NCBI GenBank assembly: GCA_964610125.1
Contig: CAZSUV010000002.1
Coordinates: 120,940 to 184,939 of the forward strand
DNA: 64,000 bases
From: an uncultured Candidatus Saccharibacteria bacterium
GTDB taxonomy: Bacteria; Patescibacteriota; Dojkabacteria; SC72
Reading direction: 5' to 3'
Shown here piece by piece: positions 10,591-19,600 of the stretch (positions are counted from its first letter, which is position 1; each line of letters begins with the position of its first letter). The notes under the pieces are model-generated. The model did not search any database and was not told the DNA's origin. It worked only from the letters and a program-made list of their open reading frames with translations. The position numbers were made by a program, and so were the translations under genes.

Positions 10591-10612
10591 AGATCAGATC
10601 TAGATCTGATCT
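10591..10612. repeat. Perfect 22-bp palindrome in a divergent promoter region
   Basis: AGATCAGATCT|AGATCTGATCT. Confidence 0.85.
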
Positions 10613-10628
10613 ATGGTAAAATATCTCT

Positions 10629-11570
10629 ATGAATATATTCCAAACTATTAAACAAGAAAAAGGATTTTTGGCTATGCTTTCCCCTATGGAGGATGTGACC
10701 GATACTGTTTTTAGGCAAGTGCTATGTAAGATTGGAAAACCTGATGTCTTTTTCACTGAATTTATGAATGTCGAGGGGTATTGTTCTGTTGGTAAGGATA
10801 AGGTAGATCATAGAATACAGTTTAGTGAAATTGAACGTCCGATTGTTATACAGCTTTGGGGAAATGTCCCTGAGGATTTTGCTAAAACGGTTAGAGAGAT
10901 TAAAGAGTTAAAACCTGATGGGTTTGATATTAACATGGGATGTGCTGTCCGAAATGTGATAAATACTGGCGGTGGTTCTGCATTGATTAAGGAGCCAGAA
11001 TTAGCCAAGGAGATAATTCTGGCAGTTAAACAAGAAGCGGGTGATATTCCTGTGAGTGTCAAGACTAGGTTGGGATATTCTATTGTTGATACAGAGAATT
11101 GGATTGGGCTTTTGCTAAATCAAGGCTTGGATATGCTTACTGTGCATGGAAGGATTGCTAAAGATAGTTATGCTATTCCTTCTAGATGGGATGAAATACA
11201 GAAGGTTGTAAAGATGCGAGATGAGCTTTCCCCGACTACATTGATTATTTGGAATGGTGATATTACTTCTTCTAGACAGGGGGAGGAATTTGTAAAGACA
11301 TATGGTACTGATGGGTATATGGTTGGGAGAGGGATTTTGAATAACCCATGGTTATTTAGTGGAAGAGAGGATATTCCCGAGGAAGAGCGATTTAATGTAT
11401 TGTTAGAACATGCAAAATTGTTTAATGGGGTTTGGGGTGAGGAGAAGAATTTTAGTGTTATTAAGAAGTATATAAAGACATATATTTCTGATTTTGAGGG
11501 GGCTAATGAATTAAGACAGAGGTTGATGATGGTGAATAGCTATGAGGATTTAAAGGAGATGATTAAGTAG
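10629..11570 (+). CDS. dus: tRNA-dihydrouridine synthase
   Basis: LSPMEDVTD, DINMGC, PVSVKTRLG, TVHGR, NGDI, MVGRG. Confidence 0.93.
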   Translation: MNIFQTIKQEKGFLAMLSPMEDVTDTVFRQVLCKIGKPDVFFTEFMNVEGYCSVGKDKVDHRIQFSEIERPIVIQLWGNVPEDFAKTVREIKELKPDGFDINMGCAVRNVINTGGGSALIKEPELAKEIILAVKQEAGDIPVSVKTRLGYSIVDTENWIGLLLNQGLDMLTVHGRIAKDSYAIPSRWDEIQKVVKMRDELSPTTLIIWNGDITSSRQGEEFVKTYGTDGYMVGRGILNNPWLFSGREDIPEEERFNVLLEHAKLFNGVWGEEKNFSVIKKYIKTYISDFEGANELRQRLMMVNSYEDLKEMIK

Positions 11571-12498
11571 GAAAATGCTCTTTTGCAAGATTCTCAAGCA
11601 TTCCAATAGAGGTGTTGTTATTTGAAGGCACTATCTCTTTGCATTGTAGATATTGGCTTATCTGTTCTATGATTAAAATCGCGTTATCTGCAGACCACAT
11701 ATAATATGGTTCTTCTGGGTATAATGGCATTCGATCCTCATAGGATAGTTTTTTAATTTTTTCATATACTTCCTTTAATGATTTAATATTCGTTTTGTAT
11801 TGATGGGAACCTGTAAAAATATATTTCTCCAATTTAATGCTCATAGCTTTCATAAAATCAATGATATTGGTTGTGCCATACACAATGTATTCTGGCTTAT
11901 GCATACATTGTTTTAAAGGAATAAACTCTTGCTTTAAGAACTGCTTTGCATTCCCATATTCCTTTTGCGTTGGAAAATGTGTAGCGTAAAATTCTTCTTG
12001 CATAAAATAGGTTCCTGCTTTGAATGGATATATTTCAAAAATATCATTGTCTTTCCCAACAATAACTTGTACACTCCCTCCTCCTACATCCACAACGGCT
12101 ATTGTTTGATTAGGAAAATCTCTCGAGACACTTTTGAATAGTGTGGATGCTTCTTCTTGAGCAGATATGATTTCAATATCAAACCCAGTTTCTCCTTTAA
12201 TTCTACTTAATACTTGGTTAACATTTTTAGCTTTTCTTAAAGCTTCTGTGGCAATTACTTTGTAATGTTTTACTTTGTTTTTTTGAAGTACTTCTCGATA
12301 TACTAGTAAGGTGTGTATTGCTTTTTGAATTGATTCTTCAACTATCATTCCATTGGTTTTAGGTAAGTCTCTCCCCATAACCGTTAACTCCTTCGCTTTG
12401 TAGAATACTTTTCTCCTTTGGTCTTTATCTATTTCATCAATTTCAAACTTTATCTTTAGTGTTCCAATATCTATGAGTGCAAATTTTTCAATTTTCAT
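11563..12498 (-). CDS. Ppx/GppA-family phosphatase (ASKHA domain only)
   Basis: IDIGT, ATEALR, ISAQEEA, VDVGGGSVQ. Confidence 0.85.
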   Translation of the reverse strand: MKIEKFALIDIGTLKIKFEIDEIDKDQRRKVFYKAKELTVMGRDLPKTNGMIVEESIQKAIHTLLVYREVLQKNKVKHYKVIATEALRKAKNVNQVLSRIKGETGFDIEIISAQEEASTLFKSVSRDFPNQTIAVVDVGGGSVQVIVGKDNDIFEIYPFKAGTYFMQEEFYATHFPTQKEYGNAKQFLKQEFIPLKQCMHKPEYIVYGTTNIIDFMKAMSIKLEKYIFTGSHQYKTNIKSLKEVYEKIKKLSYEDRMPLYPEEPYYMWSADNAILIIEQISQYLQCKEIVPSNNNTSIGMLENLAKEHFPT

Positions 12499-12543
12499 AA
12501 GTTTTTATGTATATATTACTTCGAAGATTATATGTATAATTAA

Positions 12544-12562
12544 TTGTGTAGTCATTACACAA
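12544..12562. promoter_or_regulatory. Inverted repeat, candidate operator
   Basis: TTGTGTA-N5-TACACAA just downstream of TGTATAAT, between divergent genes. Confidence 0.55.
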
Positions 12563-12581
12563 CTATCAAAATATATACACA

Positions 12582-13193
12582 ATGAACATGAAAGTATGGT
12601 TTGGTTGTACCTCTCTTGATTGGGAGAAACATAGAGAAAGATATATTGAAATACGGAAAGAATTAATAGATCAAGGGAGTATTCTACTCTTTGATTGGAT
12701 TCCAGAAACAGATAAATACATTAGAGAACACGGGCACCCTGAAAGAGAACGAGATATAAAAGGTATATTTCAAAAAATAGTAGAAGCTATTAATAAATGT
12801 GATGTATCTATTACAGAATACACTGTCCCAAATTTCAGTTCCTCACATCAGATTAGTTTGTCATTAGCTAGACAAAAACCAACCTTAGTACTAAAGCAGA
12901 AGAATCCGAATCATGGATGGAATAATTCATATATCGATGCTGTAAGCTCTCCCCTGCTCGTTGTAAAAGAATATGAGGAAGATGGATACAAAGATATTAT
13001 TAAGGAATTCTTAGGTCAATTTAAAAATGGCTATGGTCAGGAAAGATACAATTTTGTATTAGACAGAAGAGAGAAATACTACTTAGATTGGGCTTCTGAA
13101 AAATACTCAAAGAGTAGATCTGAGATATTGAGAGATTTAATTGAAGATAAAATGGAAAGTGATACTAGTTACAAAGAATTAATTAAGGGATAA
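12582..13193 (+). CDS. Nucleoside 2-deoxyribosyltransferase-like domain fused to a C-terminal ribbon-helix-helix
   Basis: MKVWFGCT...AINKCDVSITEYT.P...ARQKPTLVL; C-terminus RYNFVLD...SRSEILRDLIE. Confidence 0.65.
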   Translation: MNMKVWFGCTSLDWEKHRERYIEIRKELIDQGSILLFDWIPETDKYIREHGHPERERDIKGIFQKIVEAINKCDVSITEYTVPNFSSSHQISLSLARQKPTLVLKQKNPNHGWNNSYIDAVSSPLLVVKEYEEDGYKDIIKEFLGQFKNGYGQERYNFVLDRREKYYLDWASEKYSKSRSEILRDLIEDKMESDTSYKELIKG

Positions 13194-13201
13194 TATATGA
13201 T

Positions 13202-13627
13202 ATGGATCATATAGCGATAATGAATAAGGCTTGGAAACTAATCCCGAAGATATTAAATGGTACAAAAACCATAGAAAGTAGATGGTATGTTAACAAGATC
13301 AAGCCTTGGAATAGTCTCAAAGTTGGTGAGCGTGTTTTTTTCAAAAACTCCGGAGAACCAATAACCGTTTCAGCTGTGGTATCAAAGGTTTTACAGTTTG
13401 AGAATCTTGATGAAGCTAAATTCAGAAACATAATGAATGAGTATGGAGATGGAATACAAGTTACTGAAAGAGAATATGATGAATACTATCAATCTAAGAA
13501 TTACTGTATCCTGGTATTCTTAAGTGATGTTAAACAACTAGAAACTCCATTTAATATATCTAAAAAAGGCTTTGGTAGTGCATGTGCTTGGATGTGCGTA
13601 GATAATATTGAAGAGATTAAGCTATGA
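13202..13627 (+). CDS. ASCH/PUA-like domain protein
   Basis: ILNGTKTIESRW (GxKxxExR), VGERVFF. Confidence 0.8.
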   Translation: MDHIAIMNKAWKLIPKILNGTKTIESRWYVNKIKPWNSLKVGERVFFKNSGEPITVSAVVSKVLQFENLDEAKFRNIMNEYGDGIQVTEREYDEYYQSKNYCILVFLSDVKQLETPFNISKKGFGSACAWMCVDNIEEIKL

Positions 13628-14181
13628 GTGAATATCTAAAACAAACCTTCACAGGTCATATAGATTTCAAAGACAATGAATATGAAGAATGTATCTTTGA
13701 AAAATGTAATATCAATGAAGAAAATATAAAAAATTGTGTATTTACTAAATGTACATTTAATAACTGTGAGATTAGTAATGTAAAAATTGTTAATTCAAAA
13801 ATAACAGATAGTACATTTAATAAATGTAAATTAATTGGTATTGAATGGAGTAAATTTGAATGTAGATTCGGATTTGCTAATACTTTCATACAATGTTACA
13901 TGCCCTACTCTGTCTTTGTAGAGATAGATTTAACAAAGAGTAATTTCCTTGAATGTAATCTAACGGAATCATATTTTGAATATGTTAAGGCTAAGGGAGT
14001 TTCATTTAGTAAGTCAGAATTAAAAGGTGTTCAATTTCTAAAGTGTAATCTTTCGGAATGTGATTTTATTGAAGCTAAGAATTATTTCTTTGATATACGA
14101 GAGAATAACTGTAAGAATGCAAAGTTTTCTAAAGAAGAGGTTGTATATCTATTGAAAACGTTTGGGATAAAGATAGAATAG
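13624..14181 (+). CDS. Pentapeptide-repeat protein
   Basis: Repeated CxF/xxF five-residue periodicity. Confidence 0.88.
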   Translation: MSEYLKQTFTGHIDFKDNEYEECIFEKCNINEENIKNCVFTKCTFNNCEISNVKIVNSKITDSTFNKCKLIGIEWSKFECRFGFANTFIQCYMPYSVFVEIDLTKSNFLECNLTESYFEYVKAKGVSFSKSELKGVQFLKCNLSECDFIEAKNYFFDIRENNCKNAKFSKEEVVYLLKTFGIKIE

Positions 14182-14183
14182 TC

Positions 14184-14591
14184 TTAAATCAATGATTTAA
14201 GCTTCTCAAGCGTAATTTTGAATACAATATTCGGTTTCCCCCCTGCTCCTAATAATATCTTACTAGAATCGAAGCCTTCCATAATATGTGTTTCTAATTT
14301 TGTTAAATGACCAAAAGGAGGAACCCCACCAATACTATATCCGGTTACTTCCTTAACCTCATCTGCATTCGCCATTCTTCCTCCAATACTTTCTAAGTCT
14401 AACCTTCTATCTCCAGGTACTAGATACAAAACAAAGTTATCTCCTACTTTAGTTAGTAATGATTTAACAATATTGGATACAGGAACATTATGAGTATTGG
14501 CAGCATCTTGTGCAGTACGAGTGGATTCCTCAGTTTCTAACAACTCTATATCTAGATTATTTGTTTTAATATATTCTTCAAAAAGATTCAT
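14184..14591 (-). CDS. YbaK/EbsC aminoacyl-tRNA editing family protein
   Basis: IVKSL, TGYSIGGVPPFG. Confidence 0.9.
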   Translation of the reverse strand: MNLFEEYIKTNNLDIELLETEESTRTAQDAANTHNVPVSNIVKSLLTKVGDNFVLYLVPGDRRLDLESIGGRMANADEVKEVTGYSIGGVPPFGHLTKLETHIMEGFDSSKILLGAGGKPNIVFKITLEKLKSLI

Positions 14592-14612
14592 AATATTGGA
14601 TAATACTATGCT

Positions 14613-15308
14613 CTAGAACTCTTGTACAGTATATGTCTCTTCATTTATTTCTAAATGCCCTCTTTTTTTAAAAGCACGAAATATGGCATCTTCGTCGTAG
14701 TATTTTTTTTCAAGTTTCATAAATTCATCCTCTGTAACCCAATAATTCTTCCCGTTTGGAGTGTTTTCAATTTCCCCTTTTGGATTTTGTGCAGAGATAA
14801 TGAAGAAGATCTTATCTTCCATGAGTTTTCCATCCTCTTCCATTACTATATGATCATGGAATATCGTTTTTATGGTGAAGCTGCTACAATCCAATCCTGT
14901 CTCTTCGATCAACTCTCTTCTTGCTGTTTCTCTAATCTTTTCTCCAAACCTAATTTTGCCTGTTATGAAGCCTCGATATCCATAGTATGGTTCTTTGGTT
15001 CGTTCTTGTATGAGGATATGTTTCTTTCCCTTTATATATTTATATGGAATTACCATTACTGCGACCTTAGGTTGTTTTTCGATTTGTATTTGGTCTGTAT
15101 CCATTCTATTGGCAAATTCTTTTCCATTACTGGTAAGTGTATATCCTCTGTCTGATTTTTTAACCAATCCTAATTCTACTAAGGTATTAATATGGTAAGA
15201 GAAATGGTCATTGGTTAACCCTTTTATATTCAATTCGCTAAATCTAGAATTAGGTTTAAAGAGTAATTCTTTAAGGATTAGCATTTGTATTTGATGAAGG
15301 TCCTCCAT
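14613..15308 (-). CDS. Winged-HTH plus NUDIX hydrolase domain protein
   Basis: N-terminal FSEL...FSYHINTLVELGLVKK...YTLT; NUDIX box GKIRFGEKIRETARRELIEETGL. Confidence 0.85.
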   Translation of the reverse strand: MEDLHQIQMLILKELLFKPNSRFSELNIKGLTNDHFSYHINTLVELGLVKKSDRGYTLTSNGKEFANRMDTDQIQIEKQPKVAVMVIPYKYIKGKKHILIQERTKEPYYGYRGFITGKIRFGEKIRETARRELIEETGLDCSSFTIKTIFHDHIVMEEDGKLMEDKIFFIISAQNPKGEIENTPNGKNYWVTEDEFMKLEKKYYDEDAIFRAFKKRGHLEINEETYTVQEF

Positions 15309-15419
15309 ATTTAATTATGACTAAGTTATATATCAGTATAATATATGGAATATTGTTGAGATTCTAGTGAAATACACTTCACTGGTATGCCGAAATTGAG
15401 GGTTTTAATATATGGAAAC

Positions 15420-15493
15420 TGGACGATACAGGGCTCGAACCTGTGACCTCCACAATGTCAATGTGATGCTCTAACCAGCTGAGCTAATCGTCC
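15420..15493 (-). tRNA. tRNA-Val(GAC), CCA not encoded
   Basis: GGACGATTAGCTCAGCTGGTTAGAGCATCACATTGACATTGTGGAGGTCACAGGTTCGAGCCCTGTATCGTCCA folds into a cloverleaf; anticodon GAC. Confidence 0.96.
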
Positions 15494-15520
15494 ATATATT
15501 ATTAAATATCTGTGTGTATT

Positions 15521-16099
15521 CTATCGTTTATTCTTGCTTTTATCAATCTTAGTGGCAGATTTTAGGTTTCCAGAGGCTAATAGCTCTCCCATCGTTTTTC
15601 TCCCATGGTTCCAATATTTTTGTATTTGGCAAAGTATAGGATCATTGCAGGGTTTTGTTAAATCCATAGGAACTACCTGTACTGAAAATAAATCACTCGC
15701 TACTTCTAATGGGATAATTATAATTGCCGATTTCCTGCCTTCCATGAAAAATACTTTAATGGGTTTCGTATCGGGAAATATCTCTTCAAAAACAGCTTGG
15801 TATACCGTATCGACCAATAATGGATCTGCGATAGTTGCATCCGTTAAGCGTTCTATTTGTATAAGCGACTTGGAATCTCCGAGAGCTTCTGATCCAGCTA
15901 TTTCATATAAATAGTTTTTAAGATAATCAATAGGTTTATTTACCCAAATAGAACCTTCTGAATTTGCGGTTGGTAAGCACTCCTCGTCATCCTTATACTC
16001 GGGATATGTGAGAACATAACCCATCCTAGCCCGAAGTGTTTCTAATTGTTCTTGTGGGTTGAATTCATTGGCATTTGGAAACCTTTTCTCTGGACTCAT
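15521..16099 (-). CDS. Hypothetical protein
   Basis: 192-aa ORF whose ATG abuts the clpP stop codon; no recognised motif. Confidence 0.7.
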   Translation of the reverse strand: MSPEKRFPNANEFNPQEQLETLRARMGYVLTYPEYKDDEECLPTANSEGSIWVNKPIDYLKNYLYEIAGSEALGDSKSLIQIERLTDATIADPLLVDTVYQAVFEEIFPDTKPIKVFFMEGRKSAIIIIPLEVASDLFSVQVVPMDLTKPCNDPILCQIQKYWNHGRKTMGELLASGNLKSATKIDKSKNKR

Positions 16100-16681
16100 T
16101 TATCTCTTACTAATAACTTTATCTATCAATCCATACTCCTTAGCCTCTTTAGCCGTAAAATACTTATCCCTATCCGCATCCTTTTCAATATCCTTAATAT
16201 TTTTTCCAGTTTTTTCTGCTAAGAATTCATACAACACTGCCCTATTCTTTAGAATCTCTTCAGCCTCAATGGCAATATCACTAGCCTGACCCTCTACACC
16301 ACCCAAAGGTTGATGAATATGAATCTTACTATTTGGTAGTGCAAACCTCTGACCCTTTTTACCATTAGCCAAAAGAATACTACCCATCGAAGCGGCCATA
16401 CCTACTGCAATGGTTGAAATGTCGCACTTGATATAATTCATGGTATCTAAAATAGCCATTCCTGCAGTAATCTGTCCCCCAGGAGTATTAATGAACATCT
16501 GGATAGGTTCGTCGGGATTCTCTTTCTCAAGAAAAAGTAATTGAGCAACAACAGTATTTGCCATCTCCGTATCAATAGCACCAGTGACAAATATAATTCT
16601 ATCCTTGAGAAGTCTAGAGTATATATCGTATGCTCTCTCACCTTCCCTATCCTTTTCTATGACAGTTGGTATCAAATACAT
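16100..16681 (-). CDS. clpP: ATP-dependent Clp protease proteolytic subunit
   Basis: [21 protein letters not shown]. Confidence 0.97.
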   Translation of the reverse strand: MYLIPTVIEKDREGERAYDIYSRLLKDRIIFVTGAIDTEMANTVVAQLLFLEKENPDEPIQMFINTPGGQITAGMAILDTMNYIKCDISTIAVGMAASMGSILLANGKKGQRFALPNSKIHIHQPLGGVEGQASDIAIEAEEILKNRAVLYEFLAEKTGKNIKDIEKDADRDKYFTAKEAKEYGLIDKVISKR

Positions 16682-16703
16682 ATATTTTAATAGATTAAAT
16701 TAA

Positions 16704-17741
16704 TTAATCTTTATGCATCTCTCCCAAAACTTCTTTGATGAATTCTTCAAAAGCTCTCTGTTTCAAATCAACATTCTTAACATATACCTGCCAATTCTCA
16801 TCATCATATACACTCATATCTGTACCCTTAGGAGCATTCTTCTTTAATTCTTCAATCCTAGTTGCTAGTTCAGCCTCAGTCATATCAATATTATGCTCTT
16901 TCATATACATCTTTAAGAATGTATCTGTCTGTAACGCTTCCTTAGAGTCCTTTTCCCAAAGCTCTCGCATCTTTTCAATGGTTAAATTCTGAGACTTTAT
17001 AAAGTCCTCAACCTTCACACCTTTCTGTTGCATATCATATCTAAATGATCTTTCTCTCTCATGAGCTTCATACATAATTGCAGGTTTAGGAATCTCAATC
17101 TCACAAAGCTTGATAGCTTCATCTAATGCTTTCTCTTGTCTTTGGTGTAAGAGCATATGTGCTTTTTGAGCTTTCATAGCTTCCTCTATCTCTTTTTTCA
17201 ACTCTTTTAGATCTTTTACTTCTGGAAGTTCTATCATCTTTGCAACTTCTACTGCCCATGCATCATTAACTTCTTTCTCTTTAGTTTTGTAATTCTTCTT
17301 AATATCTTCAATAGCCTCTTCAATCTCTTCTTTTGAGATGGTAGCTTCTTCTTTCTCAACCTTAACCCTTTTCAAATTTGCTAATTTGAATTCAGGCATA
17401 ACTGTAACTGTGATTGTTAGTTCCACATCCTTGTCTACTTCAAGCTTAGGAATCTCTTTGTACTCAGGAGGAGCGATAGGATCTAAACTTTCTTTTTGGA
17501 TTGCTGTTGAAATATACAAAGGTGCAATCTTTTCTAAAGTCTCTAATCTCACTGATTGATCAAGTTGAGTTTCGACTAACTTAGCAGGAACCTTTCCTTT
17601 TCTAAAACCCTTGATATCTGTTTCCTTAGCTTTTGCCTTCATCAAGGTCTCGTAGCTTTGATTAAAGCTATCCTTAGGTATGGTTATGGTAAATTCAATG
17701 GTCTCTTTACTAACATCTTTTCTCTGGTAAAAATCGTTCAT
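16704..17741 (-). CDS. tig: Trigger factor (short; appears to lack the FKBP domain)
   Basis: GFRKGKVP ribosome-binding motif; upstream of clpP; 345 aa. Confidence 0.9.
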   Translation of the reverse strand: MNDFYQRKDVSKETIEFTITIPKDSFNQSYETLMKAKAKETDIKGFRKGKVPAKLVETQLDQSVRLETLEKIAPLYISTAIQKESLDPIAPPEYKEIPKLEVDKDVELTITVTVMPEFKLANLKRVKVEKEEATISKEEIEEAIEDIKKNYKTKEKEVNDAWAVEVAKMIELPEVKDLKELKKEIEEAMKAQKAHMLLHQRQEKALDEAIKLCEIEIPKPAIMYEAHERERSFRYDMQQKGVKVEDFIKSQNLTIEKMRELWEKDSKEALQTDTFLKMYMKEHNIDMTEAELATRIEELKKNAPKGTDMSVYDDENWQVYVKNVDLKQRAFEEFIKEVLGEMHKD

Positions 17742-17779
17742 TTTTAATAATTCTTAACTTAATATTTAGTCCGAAAAGT

Positions 17780-18469
17780 CTACACTTTTTTGTATAGTTT
17801 GTCTAGTTTCGCTGTTATGACAAGCCTTTGTTCAGAAGTCCAAAGCGGTGTACATGTAATTAAGGTTAATCTGTAATCGTCTGTTTTCTGAAGAATGGAA
17901 ACGTCGTTGGGTTCGACTACTTGAATATCGGTAACAATGTATGTGTATGTACCTTCATCCTGATTTATCTTTATACTATCCCCAATCTTCACCTTATCCA
18001 GATTGAAGAATGTATTTTTCGCTGGAGGAAGATATTGGAATCTGTGTCCAATTACAACGACATTGCCCTTTTGACCTGGATACACTGAAGTTGGGAAATG
18101 CCAAAACCCTTCCATCATGGCGTGTGAGGTAGATCCTTCTGATATTCTCCCTGCTATGTTTGCAGTATCTATATTAAGGTTAGTATGCACTTCTTCCAGT
18201 ATCTTTCTATCTAGGATTAGACTTTCGTCTAGTGATTCTTCAATGGAGTCCGCTGCGAATACTTTGATTTGAAACTTCTCCAGTGTTGGAGAAATTCGAG
18301 AAAGAAAATCAATATATATATTCTTGGAAGTTCGATATGGGTTGAGATCTTGAATCATTAATGAAATCTTGTTGTATGAAGGATATATAAAAAGGAACCC
18401 CAAAAGTGTAATCACCAATAGTATGAGGAATACGGTTATACTTATTTTTGCAGTCCTATTTAATTGCAT
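17780..18469 (-). CDS. Sortase
   Basis: GNVVVIGHR, LTLITCTP and QRLV give the H-C-R triad; N-terminal TM. Confidence 0.92.
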   Translation of the reverse strand: MQLNRTAKISITVFLILLVITLLGFLFIYPSYNKISLMIQDLNPYRTSKNIYIDFLSRISPTLEKFQIKVFAADSIEESLDESLILDRKILEEVHTNLNIDTANIAGRISEGSTSHAMMEGFWHFPTSVYPGQKGNVVVIGHRFQYLPPAKNTFFNLDKVKIGDSIKINQDEGTYTYIVTDIQVVEPNDVSILQKTDDYRLTLITCTPLWTSEQRLVITAKLDKLYKKV

Positions 18470-18564
18470 AATATGTATTTTACTATTTTTGGGCTACAGT
18501 TGCATTAATTATCAGTTTGTAATATTCTAAATATAGAAGTATATAATTTTAATATAGGCTTAGG

Positions 18565-19506
18565 ATGGCAAAAAACAAATCCAAATCTATAAATACTGCA
18601 CCCAAAGAAATTAGGAGGACAATTAAAAAAGAAGAATCCATGGTAGCTAAAGTTGAGGTAAAAACCCATAAAGATTCCGAAAAAGTTTCCCAAATAGTTG
18701 GCGCAATATTCATATTCTTAGGAGTATTGTTAGTAGCTTTAGGAGTATATTCGTTTGTAAAATATAGCTCTACTCCTGAACTGAAGGAATCGTTAGTATC
18801 TCCTTCTGTTTCTGAGATGGTAGCTGTTACCAAGGAAAGTGCAATTACTGTAAGTGGTAATGCAACCGGATATGACACAGTATATGTGTATGTTAATGGT
18901 GAGAAAGTAAAAGATGCAAAGGTTGGAACAAATGGTGATTTCAAAGCAGATATAACTCTAGAGAAGGAGGGGGAATATGATATTACTGTAGCTGGAGTTA
19001 AGGGCTTCCCAAAGCGATATGTCTCAGCTCAATCATTAGTGGAAAAGATCACAGTAGATAAAACTGCGCCTCTTTTAACAGAAATAACATATGCAAAAGA
19101 AGTTGGAACTCAAACATTTACTGTTACAGGTATTGTTGAAAAGGATGCGCAAGTAATTGTAAAGCGAGGAACTGACTATTACAGTGCAACATGTGATGCT
19201 GAGGGGAAATTTAAGATTGTAAGTATTGCATTGGATTCAGGATTAAATGTTTTCAATGTAGTAATTAAAGATATTGCAGGAAATGAATCTGTTATGGATT
19301 CTGAAATCAAAGTTACCTACTCTCCAGACAGTAGCGTTAATGGAGACGCTGTAAATGACAGTTCACTACCAGTTGCTGCAGGTGAATTTAGTAGAATGAC
19401 CGATTTCCTCTTTGGAAATAACTTGGTCATAGTCTTTGGAATATTAGCATTGCTCTCAGGTATTACTACAACCTCAGTGTTGTATGCAAAATCTAAGAGA
19501 GAATAA
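18565..19506 (+). CDS. Ig-like-domain surface protein, candidate sortase substrate
   Basis: N-terminal TM, two beta-rich domains (VDKTAP; DIAGNES), LPVAAG, then TM and KSKRE tail. Confidence 0.75.
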   Translation: MAKNKSKSINTAPKEIRRTIKKEESMVAKVEVKTHKDSEKVSQIVGAIFIFLGVLLVALGVYSFVKYSSTPELKESLVSPSVSEMVAVTKESAITVSGNATGYDTVYVYVNGEKVKDAKVGTNGDFKADITLEKEGEYDITVAGVKGFPKRYVSAQSLVEKITVDKTAPLLTEITYAKEVGTQTFTVTGIVEKDAQVIVKRGTDYYSATCDAEGKFKIVSIALDSGLNVFNVVIKDIAGNESVMDSEIKVTYSPDSSVNGDAVNDSSLPVAAGEFSRMTDFLFGNNLVIVFGILALLSGITTTSVLYAKSKRE

Positions 19507-19528
19507 CCAAGATTAAATAGATTGTTTA

Positions 19529-19556
19529 AGGAGGGGGGCTTGTCTCCCCTCTTTTG
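19529..19556 (+). terminator. Intrinsic terminator
   Basis: GAGGGGGGC-TTGT-CTCCCCTC followed by a T-run. Confidence 0.7.
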
Positions 19557-19600
19557 TTTAAAGCTGATATAATATGTGAAGTAAATTATTCATCATCATT

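Noticed and set aside
15310-15520. Integrative element at tRNA-Val
   Set aside because: No integrase and no duplicated tRNA 3' end noticed in the window.
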